From positions 1 through 64,000 of the forward strand of contig JBOEGF010000004.1 in NCBI GenBank assembly GCA_050633305.1: a DNA stretch of 64,000 nt, written 5' to 3'. The translations under genes were made by a program, and so were the position numbers. The notes beneath the pieces are model-generated. The model saw nothing but the letters and a program-made list of their open reading frames with translations. It was not told where the DNA came from and ran no database searches. The stretch's first letter is position 1; each line of letters starts with the position of its first letter. Origin of the DNA: Nannocystales bacterium. GTDB lineage: Bacteria; Myxococcota_A; Polyangia; Nannocystales; Nannocystaceae. Of this stretch, positions 1 to 14,900 are shown piece after piece.

Positions 1-2991
<2,991 letters not shown>

Positions 2992-2995
<4 letters not shown>

Positions 2996-4056
2996 TGGTG
3001 GCGGACACGGCGACCCACGTTCCTGGGCTCCCCGAGCGCTATCGCGTCGAGGGGCCGTTGGGACGTGGCGGCCAGGGGCAAACCTTCGCCGCGGTGGATA
3101 CCCACGGCGGGGACGCGGTCGTCGTGAAGGTGTTCCGACTCGCCGGCAGCGATGCGTGGAAGCGTTTCGAGCTGTTTGAGCGGGAGTGCGCGGTCCTGCG
3201 TTCGCTGAAGCACCCTTCGATCCCCGCCTATGTCGAACACGGGGGGGATGAGGATGCGGGCAGTTTCTTCTTGGTGATGCAACGCGCTCCAGGGGACACG
3301 CTGCAGGCCCAGATCGACGCTGGCCGACGGTACACCGATGGCGAACTCGAGGCGATTCTCGACGGCCTGCTCGGGGCGCTCGAGTACCTCCACTCGTTGA
3401 ATCCGCCGGTCATCCATCGCGACCTCAAGCCCGGCAATGTCGTGCTCAGCGAGGATGGGCGGGTCTGGCTCGTCGATTTTGGCAGCGTTCGTGACGTGCT
3501 CATCGACTCACGCCAGTCCACGGTTGTGGGCACGTACGGCTACATGGCGCCGGAACAGCTTCGGGGGCAGTCGTCTCCCGCGTCCGACCTGTATGGCCTC
3601 GGCGCGACGTTGGCAGCCGCGGCCACAGGCACCGATGCAGCGAAGTTGCCCGCGAAGGGCTTGGACATCGAGCTGGGGGACGTCATCAAGCCGGGGCCGC
3701 TTCGTGACCGTTTGCAATGGATGCTTCGGGCGGACCCCGACGCGCGCCCAGGAAGCGTGGCCGCGCTGCGGGCGGGTCCGAAAGCGAGAGACCCTCTCGC
3801 ACAGCGCCGGGACGCGGGTCCACCGAGCGCACTGGCGAAGCGCCCCGCGGATCCCCTGGCGACCCCCGTCAAGACTGCCCCTCGGCCGTTCGGGCCGCGG
3901 AACCTCATGTTCGTTCTCGGTAGCGCGTCGACGGTCGCCATCGCCACGGTGGTCGGGACCGGCTCGGGGGTGGCGGCGGCTGTGCTTGGCCTCTCCACCT
4001 CGGTTCTCGCTGTTTCGTTCTCGCGTGGCCTCTTTCGTGGGCTTGACGGCGACTGA
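2992..4056 (+). CDS. Hanks-type Ser/Thr protein kinase with C-terminal hydrophobic helices
   Basis: GRGGQG, VVVK, HRDLKPGN, DFG and YMAPE motifs. The start overlaps the dnaE stop (GTGATG). Confidence 0.93.
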
Positions 4057-4057
4057 C

Positions 4058-4903
4058 TCAAGCCGCGTCGTCGGGGACCCACGCGGTCTTCACGGTCGCT
4101 TCCCCTGGTGCGTCTTTGGAGAGGAGCTGGACCGTCGGTACGCCGAAGAGCAAACCAGGTTCTCCTCCCGCCACGCCGAGCATCCAGACGACCCAGCGCG
4201 GCCCGACCGGGAACGGTCTGCGCGGGTACAGAATGAGTCGTCGTGCGAAGGTGCTGGAGTGTCGTACTGAAACGCGTACGCGGCACGTCGTCGAAGCCGC
4301 CCGAAGCGCCGGGAACCGAACCTTGATCGTTCCAGCGTCGCCCGGCCCCAATCTCTGCACGCGCTCGACCCGGAGCCCCCGGTGCCCGCGCCTGCCAGGT
4401 AGCTCCAGCCGAAGACGAATCTTCGCGAAGTCATTGCGGATGTTCTGTACGCGAAAACGGACGCATTCCCGGGGTTGCGTTGCATCCCATCCCACGTGGA
4501 CGGCTCGTACGTCGTAGATGACGTCGCAACCGACGACTCGGTCCGCTCGTGTGGCGTTCCCGACGTGACGCCACACGACGTACCCGACCGCGGTAAACGC
4601 GGGGACAAAAAACGCTGCCTCGACAGCACCAAAGTGCTCGGTGACGGCCCAGAACAGCCCTCCGAACAGAATCAGGACGAGCGCCAGGCAGGTCGCCAGA
4701 CCCATCGGGTCAGCTCGCCAGAACGTGAGGAGCGTGGCACCCAACGCAGCTACACTGGCGGCCGTGGCGGCACCCAACAGGACTTGGGAGACGCCCGGGG
4801 GGTCCACGGAGACCGTCGCCGCGAAGAAGGCGAAAGAGCTCGGCCCGAGCAGGACGCACAACACGACGAGCGGGAGCGAGCTACTGGTCTGGGGCTGAAT
4901 CAT
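4058..4903 (-). CDS. hypothetical membrane protein (about 4 N-terminal TM helices)
   Basis: 281-aa ORF with several hydrophobic segments. It fills the gap and starts 31 bp after the co-directional TPR gene. Confidence 0.55.
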   Translation of the reverse strand: MIQPQTSSSLPLVVLCVLLGPSSFAFFAATVSVDPPGVSQVLLGAATAASVAALGATLLTFWRADPMGLATCLALVLILFGGLFWAVTEHFGAVEAAFFVPAFTAVGYVVWRHVGNATRADRVVGCDVIYDVRAVHVGWDATQPRECVRFRVQNIRNDFAKIRLRLELPGRRGHRGLRVERVQRLGPGDAGTIKVRFPALRAASTTCRVRVSVRHSSTFARRLILYPRRPFPVGPRWVVWMLGVAGGEPGLLFGVPTVQLLSKDAPGEATVKTAWVPDDAA

Positions 4904-4934
4904 CGCAACTGGCTGGGCCCTGGAGCGAGGACGA

Positions 4935-6236
4935 TCAGCTCTTCCGTCGACGGCGACGCCGGGGCTTCTTCTCTTCGGCCGGTTCTTCGTCAGCTTCGGG
5001 CTCCGGGGCGCTGAGCTCGGCGAAGAACACCCCGAGTTCCTCGTCCAACGAGGCCTTGAGTTCCTCCTCGAACTGCGCGGCGTCGCGACAGACCCGGGCG
5101 ATGTTTGCGACGTAGATCGCGATCCCGGTCAGGGTGAGGGCGGTGTCCTGGGGGTCGAGCCGAGTTCCCAGCGCGAGTGCGGGGAGGCGAGGGTCGATGC
5201 CCTCGGCAACGAGCTCGGGCGCGGGACGTTCTTGAATCAGAACGGCGATCGGTCGCTCTTCTTCGATCGCTTTGCGAATGGCCGGGATCTCGACCCGCTG
5301 CAGGGCCTGCAAGACGCGGCGCTGGAGTCGGCCCACCGGCGGGAGCCACTCGGGCAGGGGCGTTCGCGCGTCCAGTTCGAGCGTACGAAGGCTGGCCTCG
5401 GCGGCGTGGAGGACCTCTTTGCTGCGCAGCCGCGCTTCGCCAAGCAGGTACCAAGCGTCGGCCTCCTCGGGGAACCAGGAGGTCAGGGCGCGCAACTGTT
5501 CGGTGGCCGCCGGGACCTCGCCCAGATCCAGCTTGAGTCGCGCCCATCGCATCACGAGCTGAAAGGCTCGGGCGACCCGGTCGCGCTGCTCGTCAGCGTC
5601 GAGGCGTTCGCCGTCGCTGTCGAGCATCAGGGTCTCGGCAGCCTCAGCGTGGACGGGATCTCCGTTGTCGAGGTCGTTGTCGGCGGGTCCGCGTGCCGCG
5701 AGGGCGAGCGTGGCGAGGACGACCGCGAAGTCCTCGGCCTGTCCGAGTTTGGGCGCGTCGTCTCCGCGAAACGCGAGGGGGCCGTCGGAGGGGGGGCCGG
5801 CTTGGGCGAGCGTGCACTCCGCGTGGAGCAGCCCGAGGTCAAGGGCCTCGAACGCGCTGAGGTGATCCAGTTCGAGTGCGTCCTCGCAAAACCGAAGGGC
5901 GCGGGTCGGATCCTCCAGGTCGAACAAGCAGACCTGGGCAGCAGCGACGTACGGCTCGAGGTATTCGGGGTCGAGCTCGGCCGCGCGCTCGTAGCAGCGC
6001 AGCGCCTCGGCGGGGTCGCCTTCGGCCAGGGAAATCGCTCCGAGCAGGACGCTGGCGTCGGGGTCGTCGGGCCGAACCTCCTGCGCGTGTTCGACTGAGG
6101 TACGTGCAGCGACCACGTCGCCGCGGTCGAGCAAAGCCCATCCGCGGTCGAGGTGCGCAGCGTAGCGGCTCGACTCGCCGTATCCGCTGTCGAACTCTTC
6201 GACGTCCCGACCGACCATGAAGGTCTGATATATCAT
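4935..6236 (-). CDS. TPR protein with C-terminal degenerate minimal-zincin (Zincin_1-like) domain
   Basis: TPR-like repeats (ALRCYERAAELDPEYLEPY, ADAWYLLGEA). The C-terminus IAIYVANIARVCRD...EEELKASLDEELGVFF follows the zincin pattern without HExxH. Start is ATG 6236 or 6218. Confidence 0.75.
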   Translation of the reverse strand: MIYQTFMVGRDVEEFDSGYGESSRYAAHLDRGWALLDRGDVVAARTSVEHAQEVRPDDPDASVLLGAISLAEGDPAEALRCYERAAELDPEYLEPYVAAAQVCLFDLEDPTRALRFCEDALELDHLSAFEALDLGLLHAECTLAQAGPPSDGPLAFRGDDAPKLGQAEDFAVVLATLALAARGPADNDLDNGDPVHAEAAETLMLDSDGERLDADEQRDRVARAFQLVMRWARLKLDLGEVPAATEQLRALTSWFPEEADAWYLLGEARLRSKEVLHAAEASLRTLELDARTPLPEWLPPVGRLQRRVLQALQRVEIPAIRKAIEEERPIAVLIQERPAPELVAEGIDPRLPALALGTRLDPQDTALTLTGIAIYVANIARVCRDAAQFEEELKASLDEELGVFFAELSAPEPEADEEPAEEKKPRRRRRRKS

Positions 6237-6244
6237 GCGCACGG

Positions 6245-7987
6245 ATGACCGAAGCCGTCTCGCGCGTTCGGTCTGTGTCGCTCCCCGTGTTGTTCCGCAA
6301 GCTCCGATGGGCCGCTCTGGCGGTCGTGCTGACCGCGCCTGGCTGCCGCCGAAACTCACCGTCGTCGATCCCGACGTTCCTGGGCGATGACAGGCGTAGC
6401 GAGGTCGATGCGTCCTCCCTGGACCCGGCGTTGGCCGACGCCTGGACCCGCCTACAAGCAGCGTGGGAGGACGCTCCGGAGTCGGAACGCGTCCCGACCA
6501 TCGCCGACGAGATCCTCGAACAGAACCCGCCGCCGGAACTCGCGCGCGAAGCACTGCACGCGAAGTCAGCCCACGCCTACCTGCACGGGCAGGATGTCGA
6601 CGCCGCTGCTCTTGCGGAGCGTGGCCTTTCCTGGGAACCGAAGGCGGACAAGCCCGGGGACCTGGAGCGTTCGCTCACGCAGCTTCGGCTTCGGGCACTG
6701 GCGCGCGGCGGGGACCCGCAGGTCGCGCTGCAAGAGCTCGACGATCCTCAGTGGATTGCCCAAGCGGGACTCGAGTCCGGAGCACTCGCGGGGATCCGTG
6801 CCGTCGCTCTCGAGCGGGATGCGTCGTTCGGGCCCGCGCTCACGGCGTACACGCTTTGGCGGGCCTCGGTGACCGACGACTCGGCCGCGGCGCTCTACGC
6901 TGACACGCGCATCGTGGCGCTTGGCCGGACCCTGCCGAAGGCGGCGATCGAAGAGGAAGCCGCCGGACTCGAACCCGGCCCCGCGCGCCGCTGCCTCGAG
7001 GCCCTCGCCGGAGGGGCACGGCCGGCTGCCGACGAGGCCAAGTGGGTTCAGGCCTGCGCAGGTCCGCCCGCACGAGTTGGAGTGTTGTTGCCTCGGACGG
7101 GCCCGTTGTCGGCGTTCGCAGATGCCCAGCTCGCGGCAGCCTCGGTCTCCGCGGTCTCTCTCTCGGAGGCGAGCGTCGGTGGCTTCCTATGGCGGGACGC
7201 AGGGTCGAGCAAGTCCTCGGCGGCTTCGGGCGCGCGCGCCCTGGTGGAGGAGGGCGCCACCGTGATCGTCGGCCCGATCGGGGCTTCGAACGTTCGCGCG
7301 GTTCACAACGCCGTGGGAGACCAGGTTGCGGTTGTGGTCCCCGGCGAGTCCGTCGGGGGGGCCATGGGCGTCGCTCCGTCCTTGGAAACCCGCATCGACG
7401 GTTTGGTCCGTCTTGCCCGCGACCGTGGAGCCCGACAGATCATGGTGCTCACACCCGACAACGGCTACGGCCGTCGCGCCCTCAAGGCGATCGAAAGATC
7501 AGTCGGGAAGAAGGCGAAGGACGACCTCGTGGTGCAGACCTACCCGGTCGACACGACGAGCTTCCAGCCGCTGCTCGCCCCGTTGCTCGGGGGGCTCCGG
7601 GCGGGCGGAGCCGTGATCGTCCCCGACCATGTGACCCGCCTCGAGTCGGTCGTACGTCAGCTGATCCGCCTCGATCGAGCCCCGTCGGCCGATGGGTCCG
7701 AAGGGGTGATGGTGTTGAGCACGGCTGAGGGCGCCAGCCAGACCGGGTTGATCGACGACCGCAAGGTGCTCTCCGAAGTGTGGATCGCTCCGGTCGCGTG
7801 GGCCTCGGAGGGGACAGCAGACTTCGAGCAGGCGTTCCTCGACGCCGAAGGGCATCCTCCGGGCGACCAAGAACTCCTCGTCTTTCGCGCGTTTGAGCGC
7901 GCCCTTGCCTTCAGCGCGGAAGGCCCCCCGACCGTGACCCTTGCCCACGTAGGACCCGATGGCGTCATCCGAACCGCAACGCAATAA
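6245..7987 (+). CDS. LpoA-like lipoprotein (penicillin-binding protein activator / type I periplasmic-binding fold)
   Basis: Lipobox LTAPG-C, helical N-terminal region, then VGVLLPRTGP, VIVGPI and PDNGYG motifs of the PBP type I domain. Confidence 0.7.
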   Translation: MTEAVSRVRSVSLPVLFRKLRWAALAVVLTAPGCRRNSPSSIPTFLGDDRRSEVDASSLDPALADAWTRLQAAWEDAPESERVPTIADEILEQNPPPELAREALHAKSAHAYLHGQDVDAAALAERGLSWEPKADKPGDLERSLTQLRLRALARGGDPQVALQELDDPQWIAQAGLESGALAGIRAVALERDASFGPALTAYTLWRASVTDDSAAALYADTRIVALGRTLPKAAIEEEAAGLEPGPARRCLEALAGGARPAADEAKWVQACAGPPARVGVLLPRTGPLSAFADAQLAAASVSAVSLSEASVGGFLWRDAGSSKSSAASGARALVEEGATVIVGPIGASNVRAVHNAVGDQVAVVVPGESVGGAMGVAPSLETRIDGLVRLARDRGARQIMVLTPDNGYGRRALKAIERSVGKKAKDDLVVQTYPVDTTSFQPLLAPLLGGLRAGGAVIVPDHVTRLESVVRQLIRLDRAPSADGSEGVMVLSTAEGASQTGLIDDRKVLSEVWIAPVAWASEGTADFEQAFLDAEGHPPGDQELLVFRAFERALAFSAEGPPTVTLAHVGPDGVIRTATQ

Positions 7988-8792
7988 AGGTCGCCGCCGC
8001 GGCAAACCCGGCAAACACGTGAAGTCCGGGAAACCTCGCAAGGGAACGCCTGCGCGCTATGCGGTCCCCGGCGAGCGTGCTGTCGTGGAGTTGTTCGAGG
8101 CTGCCTCGGATCGCATCGAGCGAATCCTGGTCGACGAGAAGCGCGACTTCGACGTGGCCGAGCGAGCCATGGCCCTGGGAATCCCCGTGGAGCGGGTCGA
8201 TCGCGAGGCGCTGCAGCTCGAGGTCGGGCAGGCGGACGCCCGTGGCATCGTCGCGCTGGCCGCCCCTCCGCCCTTGCTCGATCTGAAGGATCTGATCGAG
8301 CGACCCACCGTCGAGGCGCCGCGAAGGGTCTATGTCGCGCTCGATGGCGTTGTCGACCCTCAGAACCTCGGCGCCATCTTGCGGAGCTGCGAGTTCTTCG
8401 GAGTCAGCGGAGTCTTCTGGCCGCGGGACCGGGCAGTGGGTCTGAACGCGACCGTGGCTCGGGCATCCGCGGGCGCCACCGAGCGTCTCGCAATGTCTGA
8501 GGTCACCAACCTCGCCCAAGCGCTCCGAACGTGCAAGGATGCGGGCCTGTGGATCGTCGGCACGGTTGTCGACGCGACCGATGACCTCGCGACGCTGTGT
8601 CAGACCGAGGCCATGCCCGACGCCGTGGTTTTGGTTTTGGGCAGTGAGGGGCGGGGGATTCGGCGGCTCACCGCGGAGTCGTGTGACTTCCAGGTCACGC
8701 TGGCTCGCCACGGTCAACTTGGTTCGCTGAACGTATCCGCCGCTGCGGCGGCGAGCCTGGTTCTTCTGATGACGCCCCGCGCCGGCGCTTGA
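7959..8792 (+). CDS. rlmB: 23S rRNA 2'-O-methyltransferase, TrmH/SpoU family
   Basis: LDGVVDPQNLGAILRS, ASAGA, VLGSEGRGIR and SLNVSAAA SPOUT motifs. Confidence 0.9.
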   Translation: MASSEPQRNKGRRRGKPGKHVKSGKPRKGTPARYAVPGERAVVELFEAASDRIERILVDEKRDFDVAERAMALGIPVERVDREALQLEVGQADARGIVALAAPPPLLDLKDLIERPTVEAPRRVYVALDGVVDPQNLGAILRSCEFFGVSGVFWPRDRAVGLNATVARASAGATERLAMSEVTNLAQALRTCKDAGLWIVGTVVDATDDLATLCQTEAMPDAVVLVLGSEGRGIRRLTAESCDFQVTLARHGQLGSLNVSAAAAASLVLLMTPRAGA

Positions 8793-8854
8793 GGATTCGT
8801 CTCGACCGCTCGCCGAGGGTCCAAAGAATCCTGAGCAAAGGCGCCGGGTTGTCG

Positions 8855-8884
8855 TTGAACGCGGCGGTGCCGCGGGCGTAGAGT
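8855..8884 (+). promoter_or_regulatory. possible sigma70-type promoter for the giant TPR gene
   Basis: TTGAAC-N18-TAGAGT, about 107 bp upstream of ATG 8992. Confidence 0.3.
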
Positions 8885-8991
8885 TGCGTGCCTCCGACCT
8901 TGGCGGTCGGAGATGGACGGCGCGCGGCGGTCATTCGTGACCTCGCGCCCACCTCTCGTTTGCCGCGCTCACGATCGAAACACGACGACCC

Positions 8992-11900
8992 ATGGCCGAA
9001 GTTCGCTCCGCTCTCGCCCAGCTCCTCTCCGCCGACAATGACGACGCGCGTGCTGCCCTCGCGGCTGCCCTCGAAGGCGTCGACCTCGCACAGGCCCGAA
9101 TCGAGGCCAAGAACAACCCGGACTCGGCCGAAGCGGTCGCGACCGTTCTGGGGGCGATGCTGATTCAGGGAAGCGAAGATGCCGACCTGGTCGACACCGC
9201 GAAGGCTGCGGCGCAGCGTGCCCCGCGGGATGGCAACGGAAACGAGTCCGTACTCACCGCGGCCATGGTGTTGTGGCGTCGCGGTGAGCAGCCTCAGCTC
9301 GCGGAGCCGTACTACCGACGGGTGCGGCGCAGCGACCCCGCGCACCCCGACGTTCTCGCGTTCTATCGCGAGCTGTTTGGGGATGAGTCCAAGACGACGC
9401 AGCTGATTCAGGTTCTTGTTCAGGCACGGCGAGCCAGCAAGGATCCTCAGGTCCGGTTCGGTCTCGCCGAAGAAGTCGCGACGTTGGCCGAGGAGCGACT
9501 CGGTTCGGGCGACCGCGCGATTGAGATGTGGCGTTCGGTCATTCGCGAGGACGGCCATGACCCTCGCGCTTCCGAAGCGCTCGTGCGGCTGTACCGCGCG
9601 GGCGGGAAGTGGACCGCCTTGGTCGACCTCCTCAAGGACGAGCTGGAGCGGCTCGGTTCGGGGGATGAGGTCAAGGAGCAGCGCATCGCGGCCCTGCTCG
9701 AAATCGCGGCCCTGTACCGCGACAAGCTCCGACTCGACACGATGGCGCTCGCGACGTTGCAGCGCATTCTCGAGGTGGACCCGAGTCACGAAGAGAGCCT
9801 TGATGCGCTCGCAGATACCTACGCAAAAGCGGGTCGGCACGCAGACCTCTTGGGTGTGTACGACAAGCGCATCGCGGCGGCGGCTGCAGAGAATGACACC
9901 GAACGGGAGTGCGAGCTGCTGCGCAAGATGGCCACGATCTGGGTCGAGCAGTTGGGCAACCCGCAGCGCGCGCTCGAGCCGTTGGGTCGAGTGCTCACCC
10001 TGGCGCCGAAGGACAAGGACGCTCGGGCACTGCTGGCTCGGATCCATGAGGAACGACGCGATTTCCGAGCGCTGATCGGCCTGCGCCGAGAAGAACTCGA
10101 GGACCTCGAAGGGGAGGAGGCACTCACCGCCCGCATCGACCTGGCGCGGCTCGCCGAAGACCGCCTCGGGGATCGGCGTGAAGCGATCGAGGCTTGGAAC
10201 GACGTCCTGACGAACCACGGCGACGACGACCGGGCGCTCGCAGCCCTCGCGCGTCTGTACGAGCGGGAGTCTCGTTGGGCGCACGCCGCCGAGATTCTGC
10301 ATCGCAAGCTACGGACCTGCGATCGCGACCAAGCCATCGCGCTGCTTCAACATCTTGGTGGGCTCTACGGAGACCGCCTGCAGAACCGAACCAGCGCAAT
10401 CCGTGTTTGGACCGAGGTCCTTCGACTCTCCCCTGGGCACGACAAAGCGACTCGGCGCCTGCGCGATGCTTTCGTCGCGGACCGGCGATGGGACGACCTC
10501 ACCTCGCTGTACGAGCGGCAGCGTCGGCTGGCCGATCTTGTCGAGGTGCTCCAGAGCGCGGCTGATCGTATCGCCGACATCGAAGAGCGGGTCCTGCTGT
10601 ACCGCCGGGTGGCGGGCTTGTGCAACGAACGACTGGGCCAGCCCGAGCGCGCCCTCAAGGCGCTCGAGCGAACGCTCGCGATCCAGCCGGACAACCTCGA
10701 CGTCGCGCGAGAGCTGCTGCCGATCTACCGAGAGCAGAGCAACTGGGCCCGCCTGATGAGCACCTACGAGGTGCTGCTGGCCGCAGCGGAGGCCGACGAC
10801 GAGAGGCTCGAGCTGCTCGCGTCCATGCGAGAGGTGGCCGAGGACCGGCTGCACTCTCCCGCGCTGACCCTCCAGCTGGCCTCGAAGGCCTATCACCTGC
10901 GTCCTGCCGACGAGTCTCTTCGTGAGCAACTCGAGCAAGCGGCTGAGGGGGCTGATGGCTGGGACGAACTCACGACCATCTTCGAAGCGCGCATCGAAGC
11001 GGAGGGCGTGGAGGACGAAGAGCGCCTCGTGCTGCTCGAGAAACTCGCGATCATCGCTCGCGACCGGCTGTTCAAGCCGGACGATGCGCAGCGCTACTAC
11101 CGACGCATCATCGAGCTTCAGCCGACCAACGCTGGGGCCATGGCTGCGCTCGAGGACATCTACTCCTCGACGCGCCGGTGGGACGACCTGAGCGAGGTCT
11201 ATCGCAAGCGGCTGGACGTCACGGACGACGTGGATGCCCGTCTCGCGACGCTCCGTGGGCTCGCCAAGCTACAGGAGGACCAACTCGGCGACCTCGAAGC
11301 CGCGGCGCAGAGCTACCGGACCATTCTGACGCTGTCTGACAACGACGCCGCATCTCTCGATGCGCTCACCCGGATCTACCGCAATCGTGGGCAGTGGGCC
11401 GAGCTGGCCGCAGTGTTGGAGCAGAAGCTCGACCTGTCGTCTTCGGACACCTCGCGGGTTCCGCTGATCTTCGAACTCGCTCAGCTCCACGCGGCGCGCT
11501 TGCAGGAGCCGCAGCGGGCAGTCGAAGAGTTCCTCTCGGTTCTCGACCTCGACGGCTCCCACAAAGAGAGCGTGGCGGCCCTCGAAGAGCTGCGCCAGGC
11601 CGATCCCAGCACCTCACTGGCGGTCATGCAGGGGCTGCTGCCGTACTACAAGCGGACCGAAAACCGCCCCAAAGAAGCGGAGGCGATGGAGGTCATCGTT
11701 GGCGCCGAAGAGGTCGATGCGACCCGTCTCGAGCTGCTGACCACGCTCGCGGGCATCTACGAGCGGATGGATGAGCGCCGCGAAGACGCGCTTCGGATCC
11801 GGGACCAGTTGTTCCGGGCCGACCCCGCGCAGTGGGACGCCCGCCAAGTGCTCGTCCGCCTCGGTGGGGAGTTGGGGCGGATGCAGGACGTCTCGGACGC

Positions 11901-14900
11901 TTACGAAGCCGCCTTGCTGGGTGTGGCAAGTGAAGCCGAAGCAGCAGAAGCCGAGGGCAGAACGCTGCCGCGCGAACGCGCCAACCTCCGGCGAGACCTG
12001 CTGCTCGAGCATGCTGTGATCCTCCGCGATCAGCTCGGAGAGCCCGCGCGTGCCGAAGCGGCATTCGGAGTGGTGCTGAGCCACGACGAGACCCACCAAG
12101 CCGCGTATGAGGCACTCGAGGCCCTCCTGCGGGGCCGCGACGCTCACGAGGACCTCGTCGCGCTGTATCGCCGCCGGGTCGATGTGACGTTCAACCAGCG
12201 AGAGCAGAAGGAGCTTCTGTCTCGGATCATCGAGCTGTCCCGGAACGTCCTGGGCGATCGGAGAACCGCGGTCGCGACGGCCGAAGAACTGCTCGATCTC
12301 ATTCCCGACGACCTGGGCACCATCGGCCTGTTGGCGGGCATGTACGCCGAGGGCACCGAGACCGACGACTACTTCAAGCTCGAGGAGACCCTGGGTCGCC
12401 AGGCCGAGCTGGTCGAGGATGCAGCCGAGGCTCGCGAGCTGAGGGTCCGGCAGGCGAGCCTACGCATGCAGTACCTCGGGGACGCCTTTGGTGCCGTCGA
12501 CCTTCTCGGTCAGGTCCTGGGCGACGACCCCGACCACGAAGAAGCACGCCGGCTGCTGGAGGAGCTGCTGGGGATCAGCGAGGTTCAGCTGCAAGCCTGC
12601 GCATTGCTCGAACCCCTGTATGTGCGCTCCGGCGACCACATCGGGCGGATTCGTGTGGCGAACGTGCGGCGTGAGCAGGCGGAGTCGATGGGGGCGCACG
12701 ACGATTCGATCGGCTACCTCATGAAGATCGCGGCGGTGTACGAGACCGACCTCGGTGACCCGGGAACGGCGATGTCGTATGTCCGCGAGGCGTACCTCAA
12801 GGACCCGACGCGGTTCGACACCCGTCAGGAGATCGAGCGCTTGGGCCTGGGTCTGGGTCGTTTCTCGGAGTTGTCCGAGGTTTGGATCGCGGCCCTCGCC
12901 CACGAGCGGGTGGTGGACTCGGCGCTTCGCATCGATCTCACAACCCGGCACGCGCGGTTGCTCGACCAGCACCTGCGCGACCAAGAGGGCGCACGCGAGG
13001 CCTACTCCCAGCTGCTCGCCCTCGATCCCCCCGACGCCACATTGGCCCACGAGGCCGTGTCCAAGTTGTGTCGTCTGCACCTCGAAGCCGGTGATGGCGT
13101 TGCCCTGGTGGCGGCCAAACGCGCCTTGTTGCGCTTCGTCGACACCTCTGCCCAGCAGGTCGATGTCCGGCTCGAGATCGCCGCAGTGCAGCTCGAGTTG
13201 CGCGACCGGGTGGGCGCGGCGCTCACGTTCTCGGAGGTCCTCGATCGCCAGCCCTCCAACTCCGTTGCGCTCGATGCCCTCGAGCAGCTCTTCAGCGAGG
13301 AGGAAGAATGGGCGCGGCTGGTGGAGGTGATCGAGCACCGCATTGGCGTGACGAGCGAGGCGCGGTCCAAGGCAGCGCTGTGGCGACAGTTCGGCGAGTT
13401 GCATCGCGACAAGTTGGACAACCCGCATCGGGCGATCGAGTCGTTCCAGTCGGTGATCGACCTGAAGGTCGGTCGCGAGGAGACGACCTACGCGTTGCAG
13501 TCGCTCACCGATCTGCACGAGGCGCTCGAACACTGGCCCGATGTGGACGAGTGCCTGCGGCGCCTGACGACGATCGCCCAAACCGAGGACATTCGGGTCG
13601 GACTGCTGACCCGGACCGCGGTTGTCGTGGGGAAAAAGCTCAGCCGGGGATCCGATGCGCTCGATCTGCTCAAGCGGGTGCTCGACTTGGCGCCCACCGA
13701 CGCTCGGGCCCGGAGCGAAGTTGCGGGGTACCTCGAGCCCGATGCGACTCGGGACCGTGCGATTCGAATCCTGACGCCGCTGTACGAGGCGGAGCAGAAC
13801 TGGCCCGCGCTGGTCGAACTCGAGGAGCTTCAGGCGCGCAAGCAGCCCTCGGGGCGGCGGCGCCTGCAAGCGCTGCTCAAGGTGGCCGACACCCAGGAAG
13901 AGAAGCTCCAGGATCCCGACAAGGCCTTCGGGGTGTTGTGCGAAGCGATGGTCGAGGCGGCGGACCAGCCGGAGCTGGAGGCGATCCTCGAGAAGGTCGA
14001 GCGCCTCGGCGCCGAGCCGGATCGCGCGGAGCCGCTGTTGGCCGCGTACTCGCAGACCGTGGACCACATCTTGGATTCGGGGCTGCAGGAGCGGGTCTTC
14101 CGTAGTCAGGGCAAGGTCGCGCTCGACCGGCTAGGCCAGCTGGACGTCGCTCGCCACGCGTTCCAGCGGGTGCTCGAACTCTCTCCGGACGCCGCCGACG
14201 CAGCGGATGCGTTGGAGCAGATCTATCTCCGACAGGAAGACCACCAGCCGTTGGCCGACCTCTTGGTTTCGCGGGCCGACCGGGCCAGCGAGACCGAAGT
14301 TCGCGATGCGGCCCTGACCAGGGCGGCAGAGCTCAACCGGGACCACCTCGGTAACCCGGAGGAGGCGATCCGTCTGTATGAGCGGTTGTCCGCGGACGCG
14401 ATGGCGACGCCCGAGCTGCAGGACGTGCTCGAACCCCTGTACGAGCAGGCCGAGCGGTGGCGTGAACTCGCGGCCCACCTCAACCGAAAACTCGCTCGGC
14501 AGGAGCGAGGGGATGCGGTGCAAACCCACCTGCGTCTTGGGCGACTGTATGGCGGTCGGCTCGACGATTCGGAGACTGGCATTCACCACCTCAGCGCGGC
14601 ACTCAAGCTCGACCCCGACCAAGCGGTCGCGACGGAGGAACTCGACCGCTACCTCGAGGACCCCGCGATGCGAACGCGCGTCGCGGAGCTGCTCGAGCCC
14701 GTGTTCGCGGCCGTGGCAGACTGGAACCGCCTCATCCAGATTCAAGAGATTCGGCTGGCAGACGCGGCCGACGATGCGACGCGCATGCGGATCTTGATGC
14801 GGGTGGCGCAGATCGAGGAGGAACAGCTCGAAGACCTCGAGCGGGCGATGACCAGCTACGAGCGCCTCTTCCGTGAACAGCCCACATCCCGTCGTGTCCG

